Assembly (NCBI RefSeq): GCF_001194135.2
Contig: NC_068982.1
Location: 144,665,778 to 144,729,777, forward strand
Length of the DNA stretch: 64,000 bases
Direction of reading: 5' to 3'
DNA from: Octopus bimaculoides
Taxonomy: Eukaryota
Position numbers and translations under genes: made by a program. Positions within the stretch are counted from its first letter, which is position 1; every line of letters starts with the position of its first letter. Below the pieces are notes generated by a model. It did no database searches. It was not told the origin of the DNA and saw nothing but the letters and a program-made list of their open reading frames with translations. Shown here one piece after another: positions 63,707 to 64,000 of this stretch.

Positions 63707-64000
63707 GAAAGATTTGCCAATGTTCTGCGCCGTGAGGACCAAAGACTCGAGGTATTTCGTGTTGCAAGACAGTGTAGGAGAGAGAATAGTGATGTTGTAG
63801 GAGAGAAATGTGTTCGCATGGATGATGGTACGCTTGCATTAAATGAGGATGCAAAGAAAGAGGTCTGGAGATGCCACTACGATAGATTGCTTAATAAAGA
63901 GAATGAATGGGAGAAAGAGAGCCTGCCGTATGTCGACCCAATAGAGGGACCAGCTATCCGAGTTGATAGTACCAGGGTAGATAATGCAATTAAGAGTATG
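63707..64000 (+). mobile_element. RTE LINE ORF (endonuclease-RT linker), open to the window edge
   Basis: 98 stop-free codons ERFANVLRREDQRLEVFRVARQ...WRCHYDRLLNKENEW...AIKSM, the typical pre-RT segment that precedes K.GKA.G. Confidence 0.75.

Overview
AT-rich, gap-ridden, microsatellite- and retroposon-dense animal genomic DNA. It is most likely octopus or another cephalopod; this is inferred from recognising the SINE/RTE families and is not proven. The only host gene I can support is a divergent plexin-like (Sema-domain) receptor on the minus strand: a large first coding exon (7960-8910, signal peptide plus Sema), a 6.2 kb intron, and a second exon (1593-1778). Both junctions are canonical and phase 0, and the gene runs off the left edge. 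The rest is a patchwork of tRNA-derived SINEs, RTE and CR1/Jockey-like LINE remnants, two solo LTRs, mariner/hAT/TTAA-type MITEs and simple repeats. The most interesting signal is RNA-structural: five hammerhead-ribozyme-like motifs from three sequence families. One pair lies in the inverted repeats of a Penelope-like element (23.6-24.1 kb). One lies inside a TSD-flanked tRNA-headed SINE (30.7-31.0 kb), with a second copy at 61.5 kb. One variant-core motif lies at 59.6 kb. All individual copies are partly decayed, so the active consensus forms are my reconstructions and are untested. Also notable are a double-hairpin tandem array in the RTE 3' UTR, module swapping between SINE families, several long fold-back structures, and an in-frame uORF upstream of the plexin start. 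Repeat boundaries are approximate unless TSD/TIR coordinates are given.
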